Source: a virus. From it: a stretch of 64,000 bases of DNA. Location: positions 159,033 to 223,032 of the IMG/VR virus record IMGVR_UViG_3300011980_000002. One strand, 5' to 3'. The notes under the pieces were generated by a model. It made no database searches and had not been told where the DNA came from. It was given only the letters and a program-made list of their open reading frames with translations. Made by a program: the position numbers and the translations under genes. Each line of letters opens with the position of its first letter. The first letter of the stretch is position 1. Of this stretch, positions 47,211 through 54,570 are shown one piece after another.

Positions 47211-47597
47211 ATGATTAAATTTAAATTCGCTACATGGAAATTAGAAAAAGATGGTGATATGGTGGATGTACCTGTTATAGTTATATGTGAATTTCCATAT
47301 GATGCATATATCTATCATGACGCAGTCGATGAATTAGTTCACGATATTGATATTGCGTCAAGCAGGATAAAAATGACAACTAAAGATAAGTTAAATTTCA
47401 TAGATCAAATATTAAATATAGAATTTAACCACTTCGAAGAACCTTTTGAAATAAATGGCGTAAAATTTAATGGTACATTCAATATCCCAGATGCTAAGAT
47501 AGGTAAATCAAATATATCAATGGGTCCAGCTATACAAAGTATAAAAAAGATATACGATACACAGATTAAATTAAATATATCTGAGATAAAGGAGTAG
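47211..47597 (+). CDS. Hypothetical early protein
   Basis: 128-aa ORF behind early motif 47162 and the fixed SD. Confidence 0.55.
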   Translation: MIKFKFATWKLEKDGDMVDVPVIVICEFPYDAYIYHDAVDELVHDIDIASSRIKMTTKDKLNFIDQILNIEFNHFEEPFEINGVKFNGTFNIPDAKIGKSNISMGPAIQSIKKIYDTQIKLNISEIKE

Positions 47598-47599
47598 AT

Positions 47600-47992
47600 A
47601 TGAATATGGGAGAAAGAGCGTACCATATTAAATTAGACCCGTTATTAGTAGATTATGATATTAAGATACCAGATATATCTGAAGATTTATCTAAAGCTAT
47701 GATAGCATTAATACCTTGCCCAAAGACTTATTACCACAAACTGGTGAGAATTGATAAATGTATATATGACCCAAGTGTTGATATTAATACTTTAGCTGTA
47801 TCTATTGATACTTATAGAAAAATACAGGGAGTACTTAACGATTATGAATCAGTATGTACATTCAATTTCGTATTATGGGATAAAGATTTTCATATAATAT
47901 GTCAAGATATTGCAGTATTCATTGATAAGAATAAAGATATAAGTAAGAATAAAGGAGAAAAGAAATATGGAAAGAAAGTACGAAATAATTAA
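47600..47992 (+). CDS. Hypothetical early protein
   Basis: 130-aa ORF with SD AAGGAG 5 nt upstream. Confidence 0.55.
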   Translation: MNMGERAYHIKLDPLLVDYDIKIPDISEDLSKAMIALIPCPKTYYHKLVRIDKCIYDPSVDINTLAVSIDTYRKIQGVLNDYESVCTFNFVLWDKDFHIICQDIAVFIDKNKDISKNKGEKKYGKKVRNN

Positions 47993-48863
47993 GGATAAGA
48001 ACTTATCAATTGTACTTAACGGTTCTAAGTTATACCGTATAAAAGCATTAAGAAATTTTAATGATGTTCGTGAAGGTGATATTGGTGGTTATATAGAATC
48101 TGATAAGAATTTATCCCATGAGGGTGATTGCTGGATATATGATGATTCTAAAGCTTATGATAACGCTACTGTATCAGATAATGCTATTGTGAAGAATTCA
48201 AGTAGTGTTATAGATAATGCATATGTGGTATCTAATTCTATAATAGATGGTAGTTCTATTATATCTGCTAATAGTAAGATATTTGATAATTGCAAAGTAT
48301 CTGATAAATCTACCGTAACTGGAAATACTATATTGAAATCTAATGTATCTATAGAGAGTTCTATTATCAAAGATAATGTCATAATAGATGGTTTCTTTGA
48401 TATTAGATATGGGGTTATTATCGGTGGTAATGTATTTATCCATGGTGATGGCATTATTATTGGTAAAGATACTATAATAGAAACTTCTTCTTACTATAGG
48501 GATAATTTAGAAATTAACGGTAACTATATCTATATCGGTCCACAATCTAAAATAAATAATATTAACGATATTCATATAATTAAAATGACCAGTACTGAAA
48601 ATAGAGTTAATAATCTTAGTGGTGGATATTATAAGACGATTACAATGAGAAGTGTTACTATTACCAAGAATAATGATAACCAATATCAAGTAGTAGTAAA
48701 TATAGCAGATAGGGAATTCTTTGGTAATATATACGAATTTAGATATTTTATTAAAAATCATAGTACATTAGATGATAGGATTAAAAGGGATTATATAGAG
48801 CAGATAAACATCTTTATAGATACTATAGAGAATAGTGCTGATATAGTAATTCCTGAAGAATAG
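47967..48863 (+). CDS. YdcK-like protein with left-handed beta-helix (hexapeptide-type) repeats
   Basis: The N-terminus KYEII...[43 protein letters not shown] resembles E. coli YdcK (…[39 protein letters not shown]), recalled from memory. It is followed by imperfect hexad repeats ([51 protein letters not shown]). Confidence 0.5.
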   Translation: [298 protein letters not shown]

Positions 48864-48872
48864 ATTTAAATC

Positions 48873-48910
48873 AATAATAGATACTGGGTTAAATCTCAGT
48901 ATCTATTATT
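48873..48910 (+). terminator. Cassette hairpin
   Basis: AATAATAGATACTG.. / ..CAGTATCTATTATT. Same stem family as 22298 and 60024. Confidence 0.6.
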
Positions 48911-48936
48911 ATCCGTATTTCTTGTATATATATAGT

Positions 48937-48970
48937 AATATACTATTTATGTGTAATAAAATAAATATAT
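48937..48970 (+). promoter_or_regulatory. Early-class promoter-like motif (class 1)
   Basis: AATATACTATTTATGTGTAATAAAATAAATATAT, with ATCCGTATTTCT box upstream. Confidence 0.65.
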
Positions 48971-48990
48971 ATAATAAAGGAGTAAATATT

Positions 48991-49140
48991 ATGTTAAACT
49001 TATCAACTATATCAAAGTCAGACGCGAAGTATGCTGAGGTTAAACTTAATCTTTCAATTATGGAGTTAGAGAATTCCATAAGAAAGATTGAAAGGGCTAC
49101 CAAGGTGGTGAAGGCATTAAATCCTTCACTAAAGAAATAA
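48991..49140 (+). CDS. Small basic early-cassette protein
   Basis: The track ORF starts at 48922, inside the promoter motif. ATG 48991 sits behind SD AAAGGAG, giving 49 aa. Terminator at 49147. Confidence 0.45.
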   Translation: MLNLSTISKSDAKYAEVKLNLSIMELENSIRKIERATKVVKALNPSLKK

Positions 49141-49146
49141 CAAAAT

Positions 49147-49187
49147 AAAACCCTGTAAGTAATTTATACAGGGTTTTATTTTTTTTT
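49147..49187 (+). terminator. Intrinsic terminator
   Basis: AAAACCCTGTA / TACAGGGTTTT followed by a T-run. Same stem as 60543 with the loop inverted. Confidence 0.8.
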
Positions 49188-49203
49188 AATTTTTTTACAT
49201 AGT

Positions 49204-49234
49204 CTATATATTATTAATTTGATAGTAACTATTT
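49204..49234 (+). promoter_or_regulatory. Early-class promoter-like motif (variant) ahead of the set A beta-prime N-terminal gene
   Basis: CTATATATTATTAATTTGATAGTAACTATTT resembles class 2. Confidence 0.35.
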
Positions 49235-49276
49235 CTTATAATAATGAAGAAAGGAGTATTATAAAAGAATTAATTT

Positions 49277-50767
49277 ATGTCTAAGAAAAGAAAAGTTAAA
49301 CTGTATAGAAGAAACTGGGACATTGATTATATTGAATCTTTGATGACAGGACAAGGATTTACTATAACAGAAATGCCCACAGTTTCTTTAGATGGTGTTA
49401 AGAAGAAAAATCTCTATGGTCCTAGGTCAGAATTGTATGGAACTACTTATGGAGATGAACAAGAATTTGTTGAAAGATGCTCTTGTGATTGTGGTAAGAG
49501 TGTAGGATTAATTAAGAAAGGTGAGTATTGTCCTTTCTGTAATACTGTAGTAAAAGAAATCGGTGATAATATAAAATTCACCGGTTGGATATCATTAGGT
49601 AATGATAAAGTTATAAATCCTCAATATTTTAAATTGATTGGTAAAGCTATTGGTGTTACCGCTTTTAATGATATGATATCTGTAATAAAGAAGGTAGATA
49701 TTGATGGTAATATAACTACCTTAGAGAAAGATTCTCCGTTAGTAAAGAATTATACTTCTCCATTTATTGGAATTGGTGTAGATGGATTTAGAGAAAGATT
49801 CTATGAGATAATGGATTATTATGCTAAGAAGAAAAAGAATAAATCTGATTTAATAGATTTATTAAAGAGTGAAGTTAGGTCAGTATTTACTTCTCATATT
49901 CCGGTATATTCTACTAAGTTAAGACAAGAGTCTATAACAGAGGATACTTATTATTATGGTGGAATAGATAAAGAGATTAATTCTATGATACCAATAACTA
50001 AATTATTGGAAACTGCTACAGATATAGAAAGACCACATTACTTATTCAGAATACAAGAGAAAGTAAATAAAATGTGGGATATAAATTTCCAATTAATTAA
50101 TGGAAAAGAAGGTATAATAAGAGGACAGATTATGGGTGGTAGTTTAAACTACACCTCAAGAAATGTTATTATACCTGATTACGAATTACATGATGATGAA
50201 GTTGATGTATCATATTTTACAATGTTAGAATTAGCTAAAGAAACTATTGTGAGATATTTAATGAAGTCTGAAGATATTACCATTAATGAAGCCCATACCC
50301 AATGGAAATATGCTAAGATATCTTTTAGTGAGAAGATATATCAAATTATGTTATATATAATAGAGAAAGAACAACCGTGTATTGTACTTAATAGGAATCC
50401 TACTCTTAATTTCTATTCTCTATTATTTATGAAAATAAGACATGTTACAAGAAATCATAATCACTATACATTATCTGTACCAATCGCGATATTAACCGGA
50501 CTAAATGCAGACTTTGATGGTGATGTATTGAATATAATTCTAGTAACTCTTAAAGAACTTAAATATCTATTTAGGAAATTCAATCCTATAGAAAGAATGA
50601 TTGTCAGTAAAGATACCGGATTATTAAATGATTATTTCAGTATTACTAAAGGACAATTAATAGATTTATTCTATTTTCTTGAGATAGACTCTGATATATC
50701 AGAATTTACTCCTAGTAAAAATTCAGTTGGAAAGAGTCGTATGTTGGAAAAGATTAAACTTAGTTAA
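49277..50767 (+). CDS. Multisubunit RNA polymerase beta-prime-like subunit, set A, N-terminal half
   Basis: Zn ribbon RCSCDCGKSVGLIKKGEYCPFCN near the N-terminus. Catalytic loop LNADFDGDVLNI near the C-terminus. Confidence 0.85.
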   Translation: MSKKRKVKLYRRNWDIDYIESLMTGQGFTITEMPTVSLDGVKKKNLYGPRSELYGTTYGDEQEFVERCSCDCGKSVGLIKKGEYCPFCNTVVKEIGDNIKFTGWISLGNDKVINPQYFKLIGKAIGVTAFNDMISVIKKVDIDGNITTLEKDSPLVKNYTSPFIGIGVDGFRERFYEIMDYYAKKKKNKSDLIDLLKSEVRSVFTSHIPVYSTKLRQESITEDTYYYGGIDKEINSMIPITKLLETATDIERPHYLFRIQEKVNKMWDINFQLINGKEGIIRGQIMGGSLNYTSRNVIIPDYELHDDEVDVSYFTMLELAKETIVRYLMKSEDITINEAHTQWKYAKISFSEKIYQIMLYIIEKEQPCIVLNRNPTLNFYSLLFMKIRHVTRNHNHYTLSVPIAILTGLNADFDGDVLNIILVTLKELKYLFRKFNPIERMIVSKDTGLLNDYFSITKGQLIDLFYFLEIDSDISEFTPSKNSVGKSRMLEKIKLS

Positions 50768-50778
50768 AAATAAACAAA

Positions 50779-50819
50779 ATATAAGATATCTAATAGTCAT
50801 AGATATCTTATATTTTTTT
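50779..50819 (+). terminator. Cassette terminator
   Basis: ATATAAGATATCT / AGATATCTTATAT followed by T6. Confidence 0.75.
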
Positions 50820-50854
50820 ACCCGAAAAATCGTAATTTTCTCTATATGAATAAT

Positions 50855-50890
50855 GATATACTATTTAGGTGTAAATAGATAAATATTATT
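50855..50890 (+). promoter_or_regulatory. Early-class promoter-like motif (class 1)
   Basis: GATATACTATTTAGGTGTAAATAGATAAATATTATT, with CGTAATTTTC box upstream. Confidence 0.6.
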
Positions 50891-50911
50891 AGTTTAAAGG
50901 AGAAAAGAAAT

Positions 50912-51382
50912 ATGAATAACTACTATGATTATATCATTATAGGGATATATGTGTATTTCACATTAATGTGGTGTACACTTTCTGTATGTTCCATAATGAT
51001 GAAGAAAGATATTATGGAAGTAACAAGTAAACGATATAAGAAGGATAAACTCGTTAAGAACATATCCACAACTATATCAGCAATATTAGTCTTACTAGGA
51101 TTATTAGCATTTTATGAGAATACATCTCATGCAATATATCTAATCTATATAATAGTGATGATAATATCATTACTATTATTAGTAGTACCATTACCATATA
51201 CATTCATGTTGGTATATGTGTTACTAGATAGATATATGAAATATAAATCTGAAAAATACAAGGTGATGTATAATATACTTATATCAGCACCTGTATCATT
51301 TATATTATTTGGTACTGCCTCAGGATGGATTGGGTATTGTACCATGTCACCATTGATAATGTATATGGTGAATAATTATTAA
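50912..51382 (+). CDS. Polytopic small membrane protein (early)
   Basis: 156 aa with 4-5 hydrophobic segments. Lies behind early motif 50855 and the fixed SD. Confidence 0.6.
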   Translation: MNNYYDYIIIGIYVYFTLMWCTLSVCSIMMKKDIMEVTSKRYKKDKLVKNISTTISAILVLLGLLAFYENTSHAIYLIYIIVMIISLLLLVVPLPYTFMLVYVLLDRYMKYKSEKYKVMYNILISAPVSFILFGTASGWIGYCTMSPLIMYMVNNY

Positions 51383-51448
51383 AATAAATCCATTTTAGAA
51401 TAGATAATTTAAAAAAATATATAGTCAAATAAAAAGGAGAAAAGAAAT

Positions 51449-51613
51449 ATGTTAAATTTCATCGTGATAATAGTGTCAATGATTTTAGGAAACAAACTCG
51501 TTAAAGCTTTTACAAGGAATATGATAATGACAGGATATATGTATTTTATGTTCAATGTCTTTGGAATGGCATTGGTATATGTAGTTATTGGAAGTATTCT
51601 GGGATTAGTATAG
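51449..51613 (+). CDS. Unlisted 54-aa membrane protein
   Basis: Not in the ORF track (<60 aa). Sequence MLNFIVIIVSMILGNKLVKAFTRNMIMTGYMYFMFNVFGMALVYVVIGSILGLV. Preceded by the exact fixed SD AAAAGGAGAAAAGAAATATG. Confidence 0.5.
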   Translation: MLNFIVIIVSMILGNKLVKAFTRNMIMTGYMYFMFNVFGMALVYVVIGSILGLV

Positions 51614-51635
51614 TAAAGGTTTAGAGGTGATTAAT

Positions 51636-51935
51636 ATGAAATTAGAAAACTTTATAGTTGGAAATAGAAGTAGTATAAGTAATCTAATAGCAACAGCAGT
51701 AACTGGTGCAGTAGTTACTGCTATAACCGGAGCGGCAACAATATTATTTGATTTATCTGATTTCAGGTCAGTGAGAATTATTAAAGAACCTGATACAGAT
51801 GACCCAACAAGATATATGATGGAAGAGATGACGACAACAAATATACTGAGAGACGCATATCAGGCTAAAAGAGAAGCCAAAATGAGAGAAGATGATGGAA
51901 AGAAAAAGAAGAAAAAGAAACATCATCATGATTAA
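51636..51935 (+). CDS. Small membrane protein with KKKKKKKHHHD tail
   Basis: The track start is GTG 51627. ATG 51636 has GAGG 8 nt upstream. TM segment LIATAVTGAVVTAITGAATILF, then a charged tail ending GKKKKKKKHHHD. Confidence 0.5.
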   Translation: MKLENFIVGNRSSISNLIATAVTGAVVTAITGAATILFDLSDFRSVRIIKEPDTDDPTRYMMEEMTTTNILRDAYQAKREAKMREDDGKKKKKKKHHHD

Positions 51936-51943
51936 GAAAGAAG

Positions 51944-52150
51944 GTGTTTATAATGAATAATAGAAGTGGCGTTATGGACGCCTTAATACGAATAAGTGTA
52001 TCTGTAGTGGCAGCAGGTGTAGGTTCCTTGCTGTCAGATGCTGCTACTAATAAATTCAACGCGTATGCAGATAAATGCGAAGCAAAGATAAAAATACAAC
52101 AGAAGAAAGAGAATAACATATTCAGAAAATTATTCTCTAAGAAGAAATAA
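51944..52150 (+). CDS. Small membrane protein with basic tail
   Basis: 68 aa with SD GAAGGTG. TM segment ALIRISVSVVAAGVGSLL. Lys-rich C-terminus. Confidence 0.5.
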   Translation: MFIMNNRSGVMDALIRISVSVVAAGVGSLLSDAATNKFNAYADKCEAKIKIQQKKENNIFRKLFSKKK

Positions 52151-52156
52151 TGAAAG

Positions 52157-52209
52157 AAAAATAATAGATATAATTAGGACTGATCACCCTGATATATCTA
52201 TTATTTTTT
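52157..52209 (+). terminator. Cassette terminator
   Basis: AAAATAATAGATATA / TATATCTATTATTTT with a 20-nt loop. Confidence 0.6.
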
Positions 52210-52235
52210 ATATTCGTATTTTACCCATTATTATA

Positions 52236-52270
52236 AATATACTATTTATCTGTAAATAAAATAAATATAT
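52236..52270 (+). promoter_or_regulatory. Early-class promoter-like motif (class 1)
   Basis: AATATACTATTTATCTGTAAATAAAATAAATATAT, with ATTCGTATTTTA box upstream. Confidence 0.65.
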
Positions 52271-52273
52271 TGA

Positions 52274-52309
52274 AGGGTGGAGATGACATCAAGAGCCCAA
52301 GGAGTTAAT
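52274..52309 (+). promoter_or_regulatory. Conserved 5' leader element, copy A
   Basis: AGGGTGGAGATGACATCAAGAGCCCAAGGAGTTAAT lies between the early motif and ATG 52310. Confidence 0.45.
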
Positions 52310-52429
52310 ATGAAGAAAAGAAATAATAACATAGTTAAAGCACTAGTTAGTGGAGTAATTTTTGGAACGTTTGCGTTCCTCGTCTCTATTGTGAATAATA
52401 GAGACGATAAAAAGAAAGGGGGTGAATAA
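52310..52429 (+). CDS. Unlisted 39-aa membrane peptide (early cassette)
   Basis: MKKRNNNIVKALVSGVIFGTFAFLVSIVNNRDDKKKGGE. Lies behind early motif 52236, the conserved leader 52274-52309 and SD AAGGAG. Confidence 0.4.
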   Translation: MKKRNNNIVKALVSGVIFGTFAFLVSIVNNRDDKKKGGE

Positions 52430-52539
52430 TCCTCTTGAAAATTTATGGAAGGGGAAATTTCTTCCATTATATTACATCAAAGAAAGGGGGTGTAATATAA
52501 TGGAAGAAACTGCCCTCATGTTATAATTCTGTAATAAAT

Positions 52540-52577
52540 AAAAGGGTATGATTCTAAAATACCCTTTTATTTTTTTG
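52540..52577 (+). terminator. Intrinsic terminator
   Basis: AAAAGGGTAT / ATACCCTTTT followed by T7. Confidence 0.75.
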
Positions 52578-52596
52578 ATTTATTTTAACTTACTTA

Positions 52597-52625
52597 TTGA
52601 CAATTATGTAAGTTAAATTTATAAT
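52597..52625 (+). promoter_or_regulatory. Perfect sigma-A/sigma-70 consensus promoter
   Basis: TTGACA (52597-52602), an exact 17-nt spacer, then TATAAT (52620-52625), 23 nt before ATG 52648. The inverted repeat TAACTTAC/GTAAGTTA (52586-52593 / 52608-52615) straddles the -35 element. Confidence 0.6.
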
Positions 52626-52647
52626 AAGAAAGGAGACTCTTTAAATA

Positions 52648-52917
52648 ATGGATGCAAAATTTTTTTGTTTATCTAAAGAAGATTCACAAAACCCAGAGAA
52701 GTCTGGATTAAAGTATGCAATGTCTAAAAAGGGTGAATGGAAACCATGTCCGATTTCTGATATGCTTGCACAGATAAATCAATATCAATCTGCTACATCT
52801 TATATTGTCATTGATAATGTCGCTTATACGATATTTAAAGATTATATAATATTATCAGAAAATACAAGACTGTATATATTAAAAGATAGAAACTTAGATA
52901 CTGATAGATTAAGTTAG
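52648..52917 (+). CDS. Hypothetical protein
   Basis: 89-aa ORF with SD AAAGGAG. Downstream of the perfect sigma-A-type promoter at 52597. Confidence 0.5.
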   Translation: MDAKFFCLSKEDSQNPEKSGLKYAMSKKGEWKPCPISDMLAQINQYQSATSYIVIDNVAYTIFKDYIILSENTRLYILKDRNLDTDRLS

Positions 52918-52945
52918 GTAACTTAAAAAAATCTTTATATGTGAA

Positions 52946-53260
52946 ATGGAAAGGATTAAAAAAATATCAATGTATACTAATAACAATGAAGAGTTTGAGA
53001 TATGGGTAAATCGTAATACACATGTGTTGGAGAATATAATGAGTATGGTTAGAGATTTATTGGATAAAGAGAAAATAGATTATTTGGTAAATAATCTATC
53101 TACAGAGATAATTATAGATAAAACTGATTATGATTTAGATTCAATAGAAACTGTATTAGATAAACTTGATATTCCATATGAATTCAAAAGAAGGGTAATA
53201 TCAGTATATACTACTAAGAGTAATATCTTTATTAGACAGCGAATACGAAGTAGTAGTTAG
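52946..53260 (+). CDS. Hypothetical protein
   Basis: 104-aa ORF in the same operon. Confidence 0.5.
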   Translation: MERIKKISMYTNNNEEFEIWVNRNTHVLENIMSMVRDLLDKEKIDYLVNNLSTEIIIDKTDYDLDSIETVLDKLDIPYEFKRRVISVYTTKSNIFIRQRIRSSS

Positions 53261-53285
53261 TTAGAGTTAGAAGGAGAGAGAAATA

Positions 53286-53747
53286 ATGACATCAGTAGGA
53301 TTTGATGAAAACACGATTATTAAATATTTGATTTATGATAAGGAATATACAACCAATGCATTAAAGTTATGGGATAACTTATCTAATACTTGTGGAGTTA
53401 ATTTAGATATTTCATTATATACATATTTTATTAACTTAACAAATGTTAAGATATATAATAATAAGGTTGGTATATATAAATCATTAATGAAGCTTACAAA
53501 AGAGATTTGTAAAGAGTGGTGTAAAGTAACCTTTGATGATAATTCAGCAATCCATGTTGGGTTAGATACAGAATTTATTATTGGACATAGACCATTTATA
53601 ATAGATGATATAGATATTGGTAGTAAAATTACTAATAGATATATTATGTCTAATAATAAAGGTATTATAGATAAAGAAGTAAAAAGTATAGAAAGATATA
53701 CAGAAGCTAAATATGCTTACGACATAATTGTAGATAATAGATTCTAA
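53286..53747 (+). CDS. Hypothetical protein
   Basis: 153-aa ORF with SD GAAGGAGAGAG. Bidirectional terminator at 53764. Confidence 0.5.
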   Translation: MTSVGFDENTIIKYLIYDKEYTTNALKLWDNLSNTCGVNLDISLYTYFINLTNVKIYNNKVGIYKSLMKLTKEICKEWCKVTFDDNSAIHVGLDTEFIIGHRPFIIDDIDIGSKITNRYIMSNNKGIIDKEVKSIERYTEAKYAYDIIVDNRF

Positions 53748-53763
53748 AGAAATAATAATTAAA

Positions 53764-53810
53764 ATACTACTATAGGAATTTAATATTTCCTATAGTAGTA
53801 TATTTTTTTT
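53764..53810. terminator. Bidirectional terminator
   Basis: ATACTACTATAGGA / TCCTATAGTAGTAT followed by T8, between convergent genes. Confidence 0.8.
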
Positions 53811-53814
53811 GTAT

Positions 53815-54444
53815 CTATAATATATTTTCTAATATATGTTTAATTGCTGCACTTAAGCATTCATTATAATTATTATTTTGTATATTATATACAACCGGAC
53901 AGTCACATTTAGTAATTATCTTATTAATATTAATTCTCTCATATACTTCTTTATCCGCTAGATATCTTCTACATATTTCATCATATCTTGGAAGTACATT
54001 TAACGATTCTCTATTAACAGATCTTATTAACAAATCATTATCTTTAACATCTAAATATATACCAATAAATTTATACCCAAATTCAAAATCTGGATATTTC
54101 TTCATCGTATTATCATATATTAACTCTAGCATATCTGGAGTTATTATAGCTAATCCATAATTAAAAGTATTATCATATAATTCATTTTCTAATGTATAAT
54201 AATGCTTATCCCCAGTTACAGTAGGATATGTTCTTAATTCTATAATATCATTATTATCCATATACTTATCTAATGTATCTTCACTATCAAAATAATAATC
54301 TACTCTATCAACTTCCCCATATCTTCTATCTCTGGTAGTATGACAAAGTATTTTCTTAAATGATTTAAAGTATATACCTAAATCTGTAAATAGTTTACTT
54401 TTACCAGAACCAGATTTACCCATTATAAAAAATATCTTATCCAT
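53815..54444 (-). CDS. Guanylate kinase-like nucleotide kinase
   Basis: P-loop FFIMGKSGSGKSKL followed by LCHTTRDRRYGEVDRVDYYF. Compare Gmk SAPSGAGKSSL ... SHTTRQPRPGEVHGEHYFF. Confidence 0.7.
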   Translation of the reverse strand: MDKIFFIMGKSGSGKSKLFTDLGIYFKSFKKILCHTTRDRRYGEVDRVDYYFDSEDTLDKYMDNNDIIELRTYPTVTGDKHYYTLENELYDNTFNYGLAIITPDMLELIYDNTMKKYPDFEFGYKFIGIYLDVKDNDLLIRSVNRESLNVLPRYDEICRRYLADKEVYERININKIITKCDCPVVYNIQNNNYNECLSAAIKHILENIL

Positions 54445-54507
54445 AAAATAAAACTTCCTTTCTTTATTAGTATCTTATTGTAAAAGTACCAATGATAATT
54501 ATACCCT

Positions 54508-54524
54508 AAAAAACTTTAATCTAA
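54508..54524 (+). promoter_or_regulatory. Degenerate late-type candidate (AACT instead of AACA)
   Basis: AAAAAACTTTAATCTAA, about 60 nt upstream of ATG 54571. Confidence 0.25.
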
Positions 54525-54570
54525 TGAAATACATAAGAAAAAATATAAAGAAAGGTTAATAAAGTGAATT

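Noticed and set aside
48922-48990. Upstream extensions of cassette ORFs: track starts 48922 and 60103, and minus-strand ORFs 48909..49103 and 52246..52467.
   Set aside because: These starts fall inside the conserved promoter-like motif (the ATG of ..TTTATGTGTAA..) and lack an SD. The internal ATGs behind AAAGGAG are preferred.
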